A stretch of 64,000 nucleotides of DNA from an uncultured Pseudomonadales bacterium (GCA_964447905.1 CAYUUK010000004.1:14695-78694); one strand, 5' to 3'. Counted from the stretch's first letter, positions 50,075 through 58,675 are shown. Made by a program: numbers and translations. The notes: generated by a model from the sequence alone, not told the origin.

Positions 50075-50860
50075 ATGAAGCGTTTACTCCATGTCATTTG
50101 TGACTACCAACCCGCCTCGCAAGAATTCGGAGAAATCCTCGAGCGTTTGTACACGCAAAACTGGGATCTCGATCTGAATATTATCCCCACCTCTATTCCA
50201 TCCCTCGATACCGTGGCTACCGGTTTCATGGTCTACCAATTTGCTCTCGGACAAAACCCACCAGGAACGGTCATGTACGTTAACACCGCTCCCCGCAAAG
50301 AGCAAAAAGCCGCTATGCAGAACAACGCTGGTGAAAAACTTGTCTACGCCAAACTCAAAAATGGGATCGAAATTGTCGCCGTGAACTCCGCTTACACCCT
50401 CTCTTTGGTGAAGCCATTTATTGAAAAATTGCATATTATTCAGGTGGAAAACGAAGGTTCTCAGTTCCGCTCACGTGACTTTTTCCCGAAAGCTGTCTCC
50501 GACATTCTCCACAACAAGCACGACGAGCGTTTGCTCGAAGAAGTTGACCCCGCTGGTTTACCAGACATGCCAGAAGGCATTGCCATGTGGATCGACGGCT
50601 TTGGCAACATCAAAACCAGCATCCGTAAATCCCAACGTGGTTTCAACGAAGGTGAAAAAGTACACATCAAGATTAACGGCATTCGCCGCGCCGCTTTAGT
50701 AACCGGTGGCAGCTTTTCTGTGGATGAAGGCGAACTCGCGTACTCTGTAGGCAGCTCTGGTCATGATGATCCATTTATGGAAATTTTCTTACGTGGTGGT
50801 TCCGCTCACAGCCTCTTTGGCAACCCCACTTCTGGTGCAAAGGTCATAGTCGAAGAGTAA
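50075..50860 (+). CDS. SAM hydroxide adenosyltransferase/DUF62 (chlorinase-fluorinase family) protein
   Basis: YVNTAPR, SQFRSRDFFP, WIDGFGNIKT, GSSG and MEIFLRGGSA. Confidence 0.8.
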   Translation: MKRLLHVICDYQPASQEFGEILERLYTQNWDLDLNIIPTSIPSLDTVATGFMVYQFALGQNPPGTVMYVNTAPRKEQKAAMQNNAGEKLVYAKLKNGIEIVAVNSAYTLSLVKPFIEKLHIIQVENEGSQFRSRDFFPKAVSDILHNKHDERLLEEVDPAGLPDMPEGIAMWIDGFGNIKTSIRKSQRGFNEGEKVHIKINGIRRAALVTGGSFSVDEGELAYSVGSSGHDDPFMEIFLRGGSAHSLFGNPTSGAKVIVEE

Positions 50861-50869
50861 AATACTCTC

Positions 50870-51982
50870 ATGGATCTCAAAGCGACGCTGCAACGTGTAC
50901 AAGAGCTGAGTGCTCAAGATATTGCGTCCTATTTCGTTGAGTATCATCCCAAAATTGCTGATATTCCCGATCCTTGGGCAGAGAGAGTTATTTCGTGGAT
51001 TGAAGAGTATGTAAATCGGCCAGGTGGGAAAGCCCTCCGACCACTTCTGGTGGCAGTTGGCGCCGCTATGAGCCAAAACATTTCGGTTGACGCTGCTTTA
51101 CAGCAGAGCGCGGTGCGGCAGCTCATGCTCGCCGTGGAACTCAACCATAAACGTATTCTTATGGCCGATGACGTGGCCGATCAAGATGAGTTACGCCATG
51201 GCGGACCAGCTCTGCACATCTTTATTGCCAGGAAGCTGCGGGAGTTTACACAGTACGCTCATTTGCCAGAGGAGCAACTCACACACATTGCTCGTTCCTA
51301 CACCGAAGTCGCTGGTATTTGGCTGCATGCCATGATTGCTGACATAATGATGAATCTAGAAGTATCTTCAGCTCAACGCCAGCAGATGAGCCGTATCTTT
51401 TTGCACCTTACGTACGATATGACCGCCACAGGTTGGTATACCCTGTTGGATCAAAATTTTATTGCGCTGAGTGATGCGCGCGAAGATGTGTTTTTGCAAG
51501 GGTTGCGTTTAGTAACCGGTGAGTACACCTTTGTTTCTCCTTTACTGCTGGGCGCCACCCTTGGTGAAAAATATGCTGAATTTGAGCCTGCTTTTACTGA
51601 GTATGGTCGTAATGCCGGAATCCTCTTCCAAATTACTGATGACTTGATCGGGTTATTTGGGGATCCAGAAAAGACCGGAAAGCCGGTCGGAAATGACTTG
51701 CGGGAAGGCAAGAAAACACTGTTAGTACAGTATGCAGCTGCCCACGCGAGTGTCGCGGAGCGTAAACGCCTGGCCACTGTTTTGCAGAACCCAGATATTA
51801 CCGCCGATGATGTTAGTTGGGTGCAGACGTTGGTGAAAGAGTCTGGTGCAGAGAAGCAAACCCGCCAGAAAGCAGCTGAGTACCTGATGGTGGCAGAGGA
51901 GGCTCTAGCGGATATTCCTGAGAGCCCATCTGTTGATTTGCTGCGTGAAATTATTCGGTATGTCTTACACCGTTCGCGTTGA
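50870..51982 (+). CDS. Trans-polyprenyl diphosphate synthase
   Basis: GGKALRP, DDVADQDELRHGGP (first Asp-rich motif), GILFQITDDLIG and GKPVGNDLREGKKT. Confidence 0.9.
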   Translation: MDLKATLQRVQELSAQDIASYFVEYHPKIADIPDPWAERVISWIEEYVNRPGGKALRPLLVAVGAAMSQNISVDAALQQSAVRQLMLAVELNHKRILMADDVADQDELRHGGPALHIFIARKLREFTQYAHLPEEQLTHIARSYTEVAGIWLHAMIADIMMNLEVSSAQRQQMSRIFLHLTYDMTATGWYTLLDQNFIALSDAREDVFLQGLRLVTGEYTFVSPLLLGATLGEKYAEFEPAFTEYGRNAGILFQITDDLIGLFGDPEKTGKPVGNDLREGKKTLLVQYAAAHASVAERKRLATVLQNPDITADDVSWVQTLVKESGAEKQTRQKAAEYLMVAEEALADIPESPSVDLLREIIRYVLHRSR

Positions 51983-52053
51983 GCGGCCGGTTTGTGTTCC
52001 TGCTGTTTCCACTGTATGACAAAGTGTGATACTTTACACTCAGTCAGGAATGC

Positions 52054-52869
52054 ATGAAAACACGTCTCACTATTACTTTGTCTGAATCGACCCTCAGGAA
52101 AATTGATCTCCTTATCGACAAAAAGCACATTCGCAGTCGTTCCCATGCCATAGAACACTTGCTCCAAAAAAGCCTTGAACCAAGCATCAACACCGCAATT
52201 ATTTTGGCAGGAGGGGATAAGCACACGCAGCGACCATCTCGACCGCTGACTTTGCTCAACGAAAAGCCTCTGATAGTGCATACCCTGAGTCACCTCAAGA
52301 ACTATGGGGTGCGAAGGGTGATTATTGCTACCGATGAAAACGGCAAAGATATCCAAGAACTCGTCGGAGATGGGAAAGAGTTTGGGTTGCAGGTGGAGTA
52401 TGTGTTTGAAGAGGCTGCCGCTGGCACGGCCGGCGCCATCAGACAAGCAGCTAGCAGGTTTTCTCTTCAGGATCCTTTTTTTGTTATCGCCGGCGATGTT
52501 TTGACCACTATCGACTTGGATGCTCTTGCTGAGTTTCACACGCAGCACGGAGGACTTCTGACCATGGCTGTAAAACCCCGCAGCACTTTATCGACCTACG
52601 ATAACGTGTTCATTGAGGGGTACACAGTTGTTGACTTCCAACAGAGCCAACCGGAACAGACAGTGAGTATCGTGAATGCTGGTGTCTACTTGTGTGAATC
52701 AGAAGTGCTGGAGTGGATACCCAAAACCAAGCCCGCTATGCTCGAAACCGACGTATTTCCAGCCTTGGCACGCAGTCGCAAGCTGTTGGCCTTTCCATTC
52801 CAGGGACTGTGGTTTGACATCACCTCTGATAAAAATTACCAAGAAGCGCTCGAAAAACTCGGGTACTAG
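52054..52869 (+). CDS. RHH domain fused to a sugar-phosphate nucleotidyltransferase-like domain
   Basis: N-terminal KTRLTITLSESTLRKID...RSRSHAIEHLL (CopG/MetJ RHH pattern), then AIILAGG, GTAGAI, IAGDVL, NAGVY and WFDI. Confidence 0.85.
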   Translation: MKTRLTITLSESTLRKIDLLIDKKHIRSRSHAIEHLLQKSLEPSINTAIILAGGDKHTQRPSRPLTLLNEKPLIVHTLSHLKNYGVRRVIIATDENGKDIQELVGDGKEFGLQVEYVFEEAAAGTAGAIRQAASRFSLQDPFFVIAGDVLTTIDLDALAEFHTQHGGLLTMAVKPRSTLSTYDNVFIEGYTVVDFQQSQPEQTVSIVNAGVYLCESEVLEWIPKTKPAMLETDVFPALARSRKLLAFPFQGLWFDITSDKNYQEALEKLGY

Positions 52870-52902
52870 GTCGCTAGCCAAACGATCCGCTTTTGGTGGA
52901 GT

Positions 52903-55341
52903 TTACTTCCCGACAAGGACTTGGTCCAAGACTTCACTCACGTGCTCAACCGGCACAATAGTAATATCTTTTTTGACCTTTTCGGGAACATCGACCAGAT
53001 CTTTTTCGTTTTGCTTAGGAATGAATGCCACCGTCACACCGGCGCGGTGAGCCGCGATCAGTTTTTCTTTGAGACCACCAATTGCGAGTACTCGGCCGCG
53101 CAGCGTTACTTCTCCGGTCATAGCCACCGTATGGCGAATTTTCTTCTCCGCAAATACAGAAGTGATGACTGTGGTGAGGGCAATACCGGCAGATGGTCCA
53201 TCTTTCGGCACAGCACCCTCTGGAGCATGAATGTGGACGTGGTTGTGCTTAAACGCCTGCGGCGTAATTCCTAGGTCTTCCGCGTGCGATCGTACGTATG
53301 TATACGCTGCTTTGACAGATTCCTTCATAACGTCACCGAGCTGGCCGGTGATGGTGTAGCCTTCTTGGCCAGTCGCTAGTGCGGCCTCAATGTGGAGTAC
53401 CTCGCCGCCGGTGCTTGTCCAGGCTAAGCCGTTGACGAGACCGATTTGGTCCTCGAGCTCCATCAGAGTGTCGAGCACTTTCTGTGGTCCGAGATAGTCA
53501 CTGACGGTACGTTTTTCGATTTTCACATTTTTTGATTCTTTTTCAGCGATTTGACGAGCCACTTTTCTGGCAACCTTGGCAATCTCACGTTTGAGAGAAC
53601 GAACACCGGCTTCGCGGGTGTAGTGTTCAATAATTTCGCGCAGAGCGCCATCGGTCAAAGAGAACTGTGTTTTCTTCAAACCGGCACCCTCGCGCACTTG
53701 CTCAAGTAAGTACTGCTGAGCAATATTGAACTTCTCATCGTAGGTATAGCCAGAGTACTCAACAATTTCAAGCCGATCACGCAGTGGACCGGGAATGGTG
53801 TGTAGCACGTTGGCGGTGGTAATAAACATTACATCAGATAGGTCAAATGGTTCGCCGAGATAGTGGTCAGTAAACTCAAAGTTTTGTTCGGGGTCCAGCG
53901 ATTCGAGCAGGGCGGCGGAAGGGTCACCGCGGAAGTCAGAGCCAAGTTTATCGACCTCGTCGAGCATGAAAACAGGGTTTTTCGTGCCCGCTTGCGCCAT
54001 GCCTTGCATGATTTTTCCGGGCATAGCACCCACATAGGTTCGACGGTGTCCGCGAATTTCTGCCTCATCGTGCACACCTCCAAGAGACACTTTCACAAAC
54101 TCTCGACCCAGTGATTCCGCAATAGAGCGACCAATAGAGGTTTTTCCTACACCTGGCGGCCCTACAAAACAGAGAATAGTCGGGAGGACATTTTTTCGCG
54201 GAGATGAGTCAGTGTCTTTTTTCTTCTTGGAACTTTTGGAGGTGTCTTGTTCGCGCAGCTTCATCACGGCCAGGTGCTCGAGTACGCGTTCTTTTACTTT
54301 CTCGAGACCGTAGTGTTGTTGATCAAGAATCTTGGCAGCTCGCTTCAGGGAAGTTCGACCGCGAGACTTTTTGCTCCAAGGCATGTCGAGCATTGATTCC
54401 AGCCAACTCATGACGTATGAGTACTCCGAGTGCATCGGTGACATTTGGCGAAGTCGGCGCAGTTCTTTGGTAACTTTTTCTTCTACCTTTTTCGGCATGC
54501 GCGCTTTTTGGATACGTTCTTCGAGTTCGTCGAGCTCTTCTTCTTCGTCAAGTTCTCCGAGTTCTCGCTGAATAGCCTGCATGCGCTCACGCAAGACGTT
54601 TTCTCTCATGCGCTCGTCGATTTGTTTCTTTGTTTCGCTATTAATCTTTTGTTCAATATTGAGGATGTGTTGTTCGCGAGTTAAATGCGCTATGACTGCT
54701 TTTACCCGTTTGTTTACATCGAGTTGCTCGAGCAGTCGCTGTTTGTCTGGCGTGGGAATATCAAGAGCAGCGGCAATGTGATCAATCAGGTCTTTGGACT
54801 GGAGACCTCCAACCAACTGCATAAAGTTGAAAAACTCCACGGCTTTGCCTGATTGGACCGTTTTGCGGAAGAGGTTTGCCAAGTGTTTGAGTGAGGCCTC
54901 GAACTCGTCGGTTTGTTTCAGTTTTTCTTCGAGCTGCTCGACAACCACTACTGGAAATGGTTCTTCTTGTTGGAACGATTGAATGCGTACCCGGCGAATA
55001 CCTCTCAAGAGAGCGTGTGTTTCACCTTCGTGCTGCAGTGTTCTCTCAATTCGTGCTAAAGTTCCGATTTGGTAGAGATCCTTGGGTTTTGGTGATTCTA
55101 GAGAACTCTTCTTTTGTGCCACGATAACCACATATTTATGTGATCCCTGGGCTGCATTTAAGGCGAGCTGTGACTGTTCTCGACCAAAAACAAGCACCGT
55201 TTCGGTGTTGGGAAAGAGCACACCCTCGCGCAGAGCGATCAATGGAAGTAAAGCTGGTGAATCATTCTTTACCGGCGATTTTTCCGAGGAGTTTTCGGGA
55301 GAGGCATTTTTTACTGATGAGTGTCGAATGCTGATAGCCAT
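52903..55341 (-). CDS. lon: ATP-dependent protease Lon
   Basis: Lon N domain, GPPGVGKTS, RGHRRTYVGAMPG, LDEVDK, catalytic PKDGPSAG and IGGLKEK. Confidence 0.98.
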   Translation of the reverse strand: MAISIRHSSVKNASPENSSEKSPVKNDSPALLPLIALREGVLFPNTETVLVFGREQSQLALNAAQGSHKYVVIVAQKKSSLESPKPKDLYQIGTLARIERTLQHEGETHALLRGIRRVRIQSFQQEEPFPVVVVEQLEEKLKQTDEFEASLKHLANLFRKTVQSGKAVEFFNFMQLVGGLQSKDLIDHIAAALDIPTPDKQRLLEQLDVNKRVKAVIAHLTREQHILNIEQKINSETKKQIDERMRENVLRERMQAIQRELGELDEEEELDELEERIQKARMPKKVEEKVTKELRRLRQMSPMHSEYSYVMSWLESMLDMPWSKKSRGRTSLKRAAKILDQQHYGLEKVKERVLEHLAVMKLREQDTSKSSKKKKDTDSSPRKNVLPTILCFVGPPGVGKTSIGRSIAESLGREFVKVSLGGVHDEAEIRGHRRTYVGAMPGKIMQGMAQAGTKNPVFMLDEVDKLGSDFRGDPSAALLESLDPEQNFEFTDHYLGEPFDLSDVMFITTANVLHTIPGPLRDRLEIVEYSGYTYDEKFNIAQQYLLEQVREGAGLKKTQFSLTDGALREIIEHYTREAGVRSLKREIAKVARKVARQIAEKESKNVKIEKRTVSDYLGPQKVLDTLMELEDQIGLVNGLAWTSTGGEVLHIEAALATGQEGYTITGQLGDVMKESVKAAYTYVRSHAEDLGITPQAFKHNHVHIHAPEGAVPKDGPSAGIALTTVITSVFAEKKIRHTVAMTGEVTLRGRVLAIGGLKEKLIAAHRAGVTVAFIPKQNEKDLVDVPEKVKKDITIVPVEHVSEVLDQVLVGK

Positions 55342-55410
55342 AATGTGTAATTTTTGCCCATTTTACTGTTATTTTGTTGATTTCATGACCCTTTTTAGGG
55401 GAGCATGGAA

Positions 55411-55444
55411 TTAGCATTGTATATAAGTGAGTGCTAAAAATCAA
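55411..55444 (-). promoter_or_regulatory. lon promoter (TTGATT-17-TACAAT) overlapped by a CIRCE
   Basis: Minus strand TTAGCACTC-ACTTATATA-CAATGCTAA (55437-55411); -35 at 55444-55439 and -10 at 55421-55416. Confidence 0.85.
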
Positions 55445-55474
55445 GCTATGTGTTTGATAGAGAGTGATCGAGTT

Positions 55475-55681
55475 TTACACAAGAATCATTTGCCAACTAA
55501 TGAGGACAGTAGCAATGACGGTGAGCCAAAAGACCAAGAAAAACCAGTAAAAAGAAAAATCTCTCGTCGAAGAGTGCTCATGCTGAGGCGCAGAGTGTTG
55601 AGAATCCGGTACTGAGTGCAGAGTTCCTGGCGGCATTGTGTCCGTGTCTCTCGACTGTGAGGTGTTTTTTAGCCAGCGCAT
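55475..55681 (-). CDS. Small (68 aa) protein with a C-terminal TM helix
   Basis: TACAAT 6 nt before ATG 55681; hydrophilic N-terminus then FSFYWFFLVFWLTVIATVLISWQMILV. Confidence 0.55.
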   Translation of the reverse strand: MRWLKNTSQSRDTDTMPPGTLHSVPDSQHSAPQHEHSSTRDFSFYWFFLVFWLTVIATVLISWQMILV

Positions 55682-55916
55682 ACTGCTATTGTAGCGAATT
55701 TTTGTTCGGTGCGCAGAAGGCAATTGTTTTTTGGTTTACACGCTTATTTGCAAAGATGTATAATACGGTCTACAGTTACGAATAACTACGTACTACTAAC
55801 GAAACAACACGTATACCTACTACTCATGACATTCTCAAGAAATACACAATTGTCGAGATTTCGAGCACCTGAAAACGGTGTCTTGGGTGGTGGGACCATA
55901 CTAAAGGAGTTTTCCC

Positions 55917-57647
55917 ATGTCATTCTTTCGATCGTTCTCGCAGGTTCTGCAGTCCAACAAATCGGACGAACAAGCTGATTCTCAGCAGTCTTCCTCAGTA
56001 AAAAGCAAAAAATCCTCTCGCCGCCGCCGTCCGAGTCGTGCTGCGCGTGCAGAAAAGCCACAAGCGAAGCAAGAAAAAGCCCCACAGGCGGCCAACTCTC
56101 AAGGCAGTTATCTGCAGAAGAGCAAAAAGAAAAAAGCGGCCCGAACTAAACAAAACAAGGCCCAGCAGGCGCAAGCTCGTCAGCAAGAGTATCGTGAGCA
56201 GCAGCTCGTGAAAGAAAAGCTAGCCGACGCTGAAAAAGAAGCCCAAAAAATTGTCCAAGATGCCCAAGGAAAAGCCCGAGAAATCCTCTTGGAGGCGAAA
56301 TCCGAAGCCCTGCAAGTTCGCGAAGAAGCTGAGCGTGATGCCAAGCAAGAGCTCGAGAAACTGGATCAGCAGCAGAAAAATCTCGATCGCCAAATCTCCA
56401 GTATTAATGATCGCCTGAAGCAGGTGGATCGTCGCGAAAGCCTGCTTGATGAAAAGCGGGATGAGCTTGAGCGCCGCAAAGCAGAGGTAGAAGAGAAACG
56501 AGCCGAGCTGATTGATGAGCTTGAGAACATTGGTGGTCTTACCCGAGATGAGGCACGTCAAGAAATCCTCACTCGTTTGGAGCGTACTGTCGATAAGCAA
56601 GCTGCTCTTATGATTCAACAAAAGGTAGAAGCAGCACAACAAGAAGCTGATGATAAGGCTAAAGAATTATTGGTCGATGCCATGAAACATGGTGCTACTG
56701 ACTACGTGCCCGAATTTACTATTTCAGTGGTTAAACTGCCAGATGCTGATATGAAAGGTCGAATCATCGGAAAAGATGGTCGAAATATTCGTGCCTTTGA
56801 GCGCGCCACTGGCGTAGACGTTGAGTTAGACGAGACTCCAAATGAAGTTCGTCTTTCTTCGTTTGATCCGGTTCGCCGAGAAATTGCTCGTATTTCCTTA
56901 GAACGCTTGCTCAAAGATGGTCGCATTCAGCCTACTCGGATTGATGAGGTGGTGAAAAAGGTGACGAAAGAGCTCGATAAAATCATGTTTGAAGAGGGGA
57001 AACGCCTCTGTCATAAAGTTGGTGTGTATAACATGCCAAACGAGATTATGGGGCGTTTGGGTCGCTTTAAATACCGTTTTTCATATGGTCAGAACCTTAT
57101 TCAGCACACTTTGGAAGAAACCCAAATTGGTATTAAATTAGCCCAAGAACTCGGACTTGATGTGCGCACAGTAACCATGGGTTGTTTACTGCATGACATC
57201 GGTAAAGTCATTGAGGGCGAAGGAAATCACGTTGACCTCGGTGTACGCTACTTGCAAAAGCACAATTTTCCGCAAGAAATCGTTGATTGTGTGGCCCAAC
57301 ACCACGAAGATGAACCATTTACTTCTTTGGAATCCGTGTTAGTCTATATATCCGACGCAATTTCTGGTTCTCGACCAGGGGCGCGGAATGAAAATCATGA
57401 AGAATACGTGCAGCGATTGCAGAAACTGGAAGAGATTGCTGATTCGTACGAGGGAGTGGAGAAATCCTTTGCTATACAAGCAGGTCGTGAAGTTCGTGTT
57501 ATACTAAAAGCCGATAAATCTTCCGATCGTGACGTAAATGTCATTGCGACCCAAATAGCCGCTCGATACGAGGAAGACATGACCTATCCAGGAACAGTCA
57601 CTGTTAATGTCATCCGCGAGGTTCGCGGCGGCGCAGTAGCCAAATAA
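55917..57647 (+). CDS. rny: Ribonuclease Y
   Basis: Coiled coil, KH domain MKGRIIGKDGRNIR, DGRIQP, HD domain LLHDIGK, DAISGSRPGAR and AIQAGREVRV; SD AAGGAG. Confidence 0.96.
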   Translation: MSFFRSFSQVLQSNKSDEQADSQQSSSVKSKKSSRRRRPSRAARAEKPQAKQEKAPQAANSQGSYLQKSKKKKAARTKQNKAQQAQARQQEYREQQLVKEKLADAEKEAQKIVQDAQGKAREILLEAKSEALQVREEAERDAKQELEKLDQQQKNLDRQISSINDRLKQVDRRESLLDEKRDELERRKAEVEEKRAELIDELENIGGLTRDEARQEILTRLERTVDKQAALMIQQKVEAAQQEADDKAKELLVDAMKHGATDYVPEFTISVVKLPDADMKGRIIGKDGRNIRAFERATGVDVELDETPNEVRLSSFDPVRREIARISLERLLKDGRIQPTRIDEVVKKVTKELDKIMFEEGKRLCHKVGVYNMPNEIMGRLGRFKYRFSYGQNLIQHTLEETQIGIKLAQELGLDVRTVTMGCLLHDIGKVIEGEGNHVDLGVRYLQKHNFPQEIVDCVAQHHEDEPFTSLESVLVYISDAISGSRPGARNENHEEYVQRLQKLEEIADSYEGVEKSFAIQAGREVRVILKADKSSDRDVNVIATQIAARYEEDMTYPGTVTVNVIREVRGGAVAK

Positions 57648-57671
57648 AAAAAAGACGTAAAAGGAGTAGGG

Positions 57672-57947
57672 ATGAATAAATCTGACCTTATTGCTGTCGT
57701 CGCCAAGAAAGCGAACTTGACGCAAAAAGCGGCCAAGGAAGCTATCGAAGTATTCTTGGAAGAGACGACTCGTTCCTTAGGAAAGGGCCAAAAAGTTTTG
57801 TGGTCCGGCTTTGGAACATTTGATGTCCGTAAAGTAGCGGACAAGCGCGTGGTCCCATTCGGCCGCGAAGAACTGACTCGTGTTATTAAGAGTCACAACG
57901 TTGTTAACTTCAAGGCTGGTAAGCCACTGAAGGACGCGGTGAAGTAA
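57672..57947 (+). CDS. hup: HU-family DNA-binding protein
   Basis: MNKSDLIAVVA, GFGTF and FKAGKPLKDAVK. Confidence 0.92.
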   Translation: MNKSDLIAVVAKKANLTQKAAKEAIEVFLEETTRSLGKGQKVLWSGFGTFDVRKVADKRVVPFGREELTRVIKSHNVVNFKAGKPLKDAVK

Positions 57948-58006
57948 GCACTGGAATAAAACTTACGTAATAAGTGTGCTGCACAGACTGTACACTACCA
58001 CACAAG

Positions 58007-58037
58007 GAGCGACTCGCCGCGAGGCGGGTCGCTTTTT
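58007..58037 (+). terminator. Intrinsic terminator of rny-hup
   Basis: GAGCGACTCGCC-GCGA-GGCGGGTCGC-TTTTT. Confidence 0.85.
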
Positions 58038-58057
58038 GGATTGGGGGGAGTTGTGGC

Positions 58058-58143
58058 TGGGTTTCTCCTAAATAATTTTTACCTCAGGAAGGAGAATCCT
58101 AGGATTCTCCTTCCTGAGGTAGTTCGACAATAGGAGAAACCCA
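58058..58143. repeat. Nested inverted repeat: 42-bp perfect palindrome inside 13-bp outer inverted repeats
   Basis: TGGGTTTCTCCTA-N9-TACCTCAGGAAGGAGAATCCT|AGGATTCTCCTTCCTGAGGTA-N9-TAGGAGAAACCCA. Confidence 0.9.
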
Positions 58144-58183
58144 TTCCATCTATTATTAAAAAAACAATTCCTTAAACAAAAAG

Positions 58184-58257
58184 TACCAGGGGTGGGATTT
58201 GAACCCACGACCTTCGGTTTATGAATCCGATGCTCTAACCAACTGAGCTACCCTGGC
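58184..58257 (-). tRNA. tRNA with CAT anticodon (probably elongator Met; Ile2 not excluded); CCA not encoded
   Basis: GCCAGGGTAGCTCAGTTGGTTAGAGCATCGGATTCATAAACCGAAGGTCGTGGGTTCAAATCCCACCCCTGGTA folds as a cloverleaf; TATAAT at 58278-58273. Confidence 0.93.
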
Positions 58258-58342
58258 GAGGTTGAGGACATTATTATAGCGCAAAAGAGGCATTTTGGGA
58301 GGTGATTTTTCAAAGTATGCTATACTAAACATCCAAATAAAG

Positions 58343-58380
58343 CTTTTCCACCTGGCTTGCGGAAGCGAGGGGGCAAAAGG
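58343..58380 (+). promoter_or_regulatory. Putative S15 (rpsO) autoregulatory leader hairpin
   Basis: CTTTTCCACCT.GCTT..GAAGC.AGGGGGCAAAAG structure abuts the SD, downstream of TG-C-TATACT (58318-58326). Confidence 0.45.
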
Positions 58381-58391
58381 AGGATATATTC

Positions 58392-58661
58392 ATGGCATTA
58401 GATCCGCAGATCAAACAACAAATTATTAACAAGTTTCAGCAGAGTGAGGGTGATACTGGCTCTCCAGAGGTGCAGGTTGCCCTTGTGACTGAGTCAATCA
58501 ACCAGCTCACTGATCATTTGAAGAAACACAAAAAAGACGACCACTCTCGTAAGGGTCTTTTGAAGATGGTCGCCAAGCGTCGTCGTCTTTTGAACTTTTT
58601 GAAGAACAAGGACGAAGAACGCTACAGCAAGCTTATTGCTGAGCTCGGTTTGAGCAAGTAA
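58392..58661 (+). CDS. rpsO: 30S ribosomal protein S15
   Basis: [11 protein letters not shown] and [22 protein letters not shown]. Confidence 0.98.
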   Translation: MALDPQIKQQIINKFQQSEGDTGSPEVQVALVTESINQLTDHLKKHKKDDHSRKGLLKMVAKRRRLLNFLKNKDEERYSKLIAELGLSK

Positions 58662-58675
58662 AATAGAACCAGGTG

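Noticed and set aside
51451-52548. 365-aa minus-strand ORF
   Set aside because: Antisense to two well-supported genes and has no motifs; shadow ORF
55427-55615. 62-aa plus-strand ORF between lon and rny
   Set aside because: Starts inside the CIRCE with no SD or promoter; the opposite-strand ORF has better signals
55770-55916. 6S RNA near rny
   Set aside because: I could not find the long rod with a central bubble here or downstream of hup
58140-58260. tRNA as an integration site for a prophage or island
   Set aside because: No integrase and no duplicated tRNA 3' end seen; both flanks are housekeeping genes
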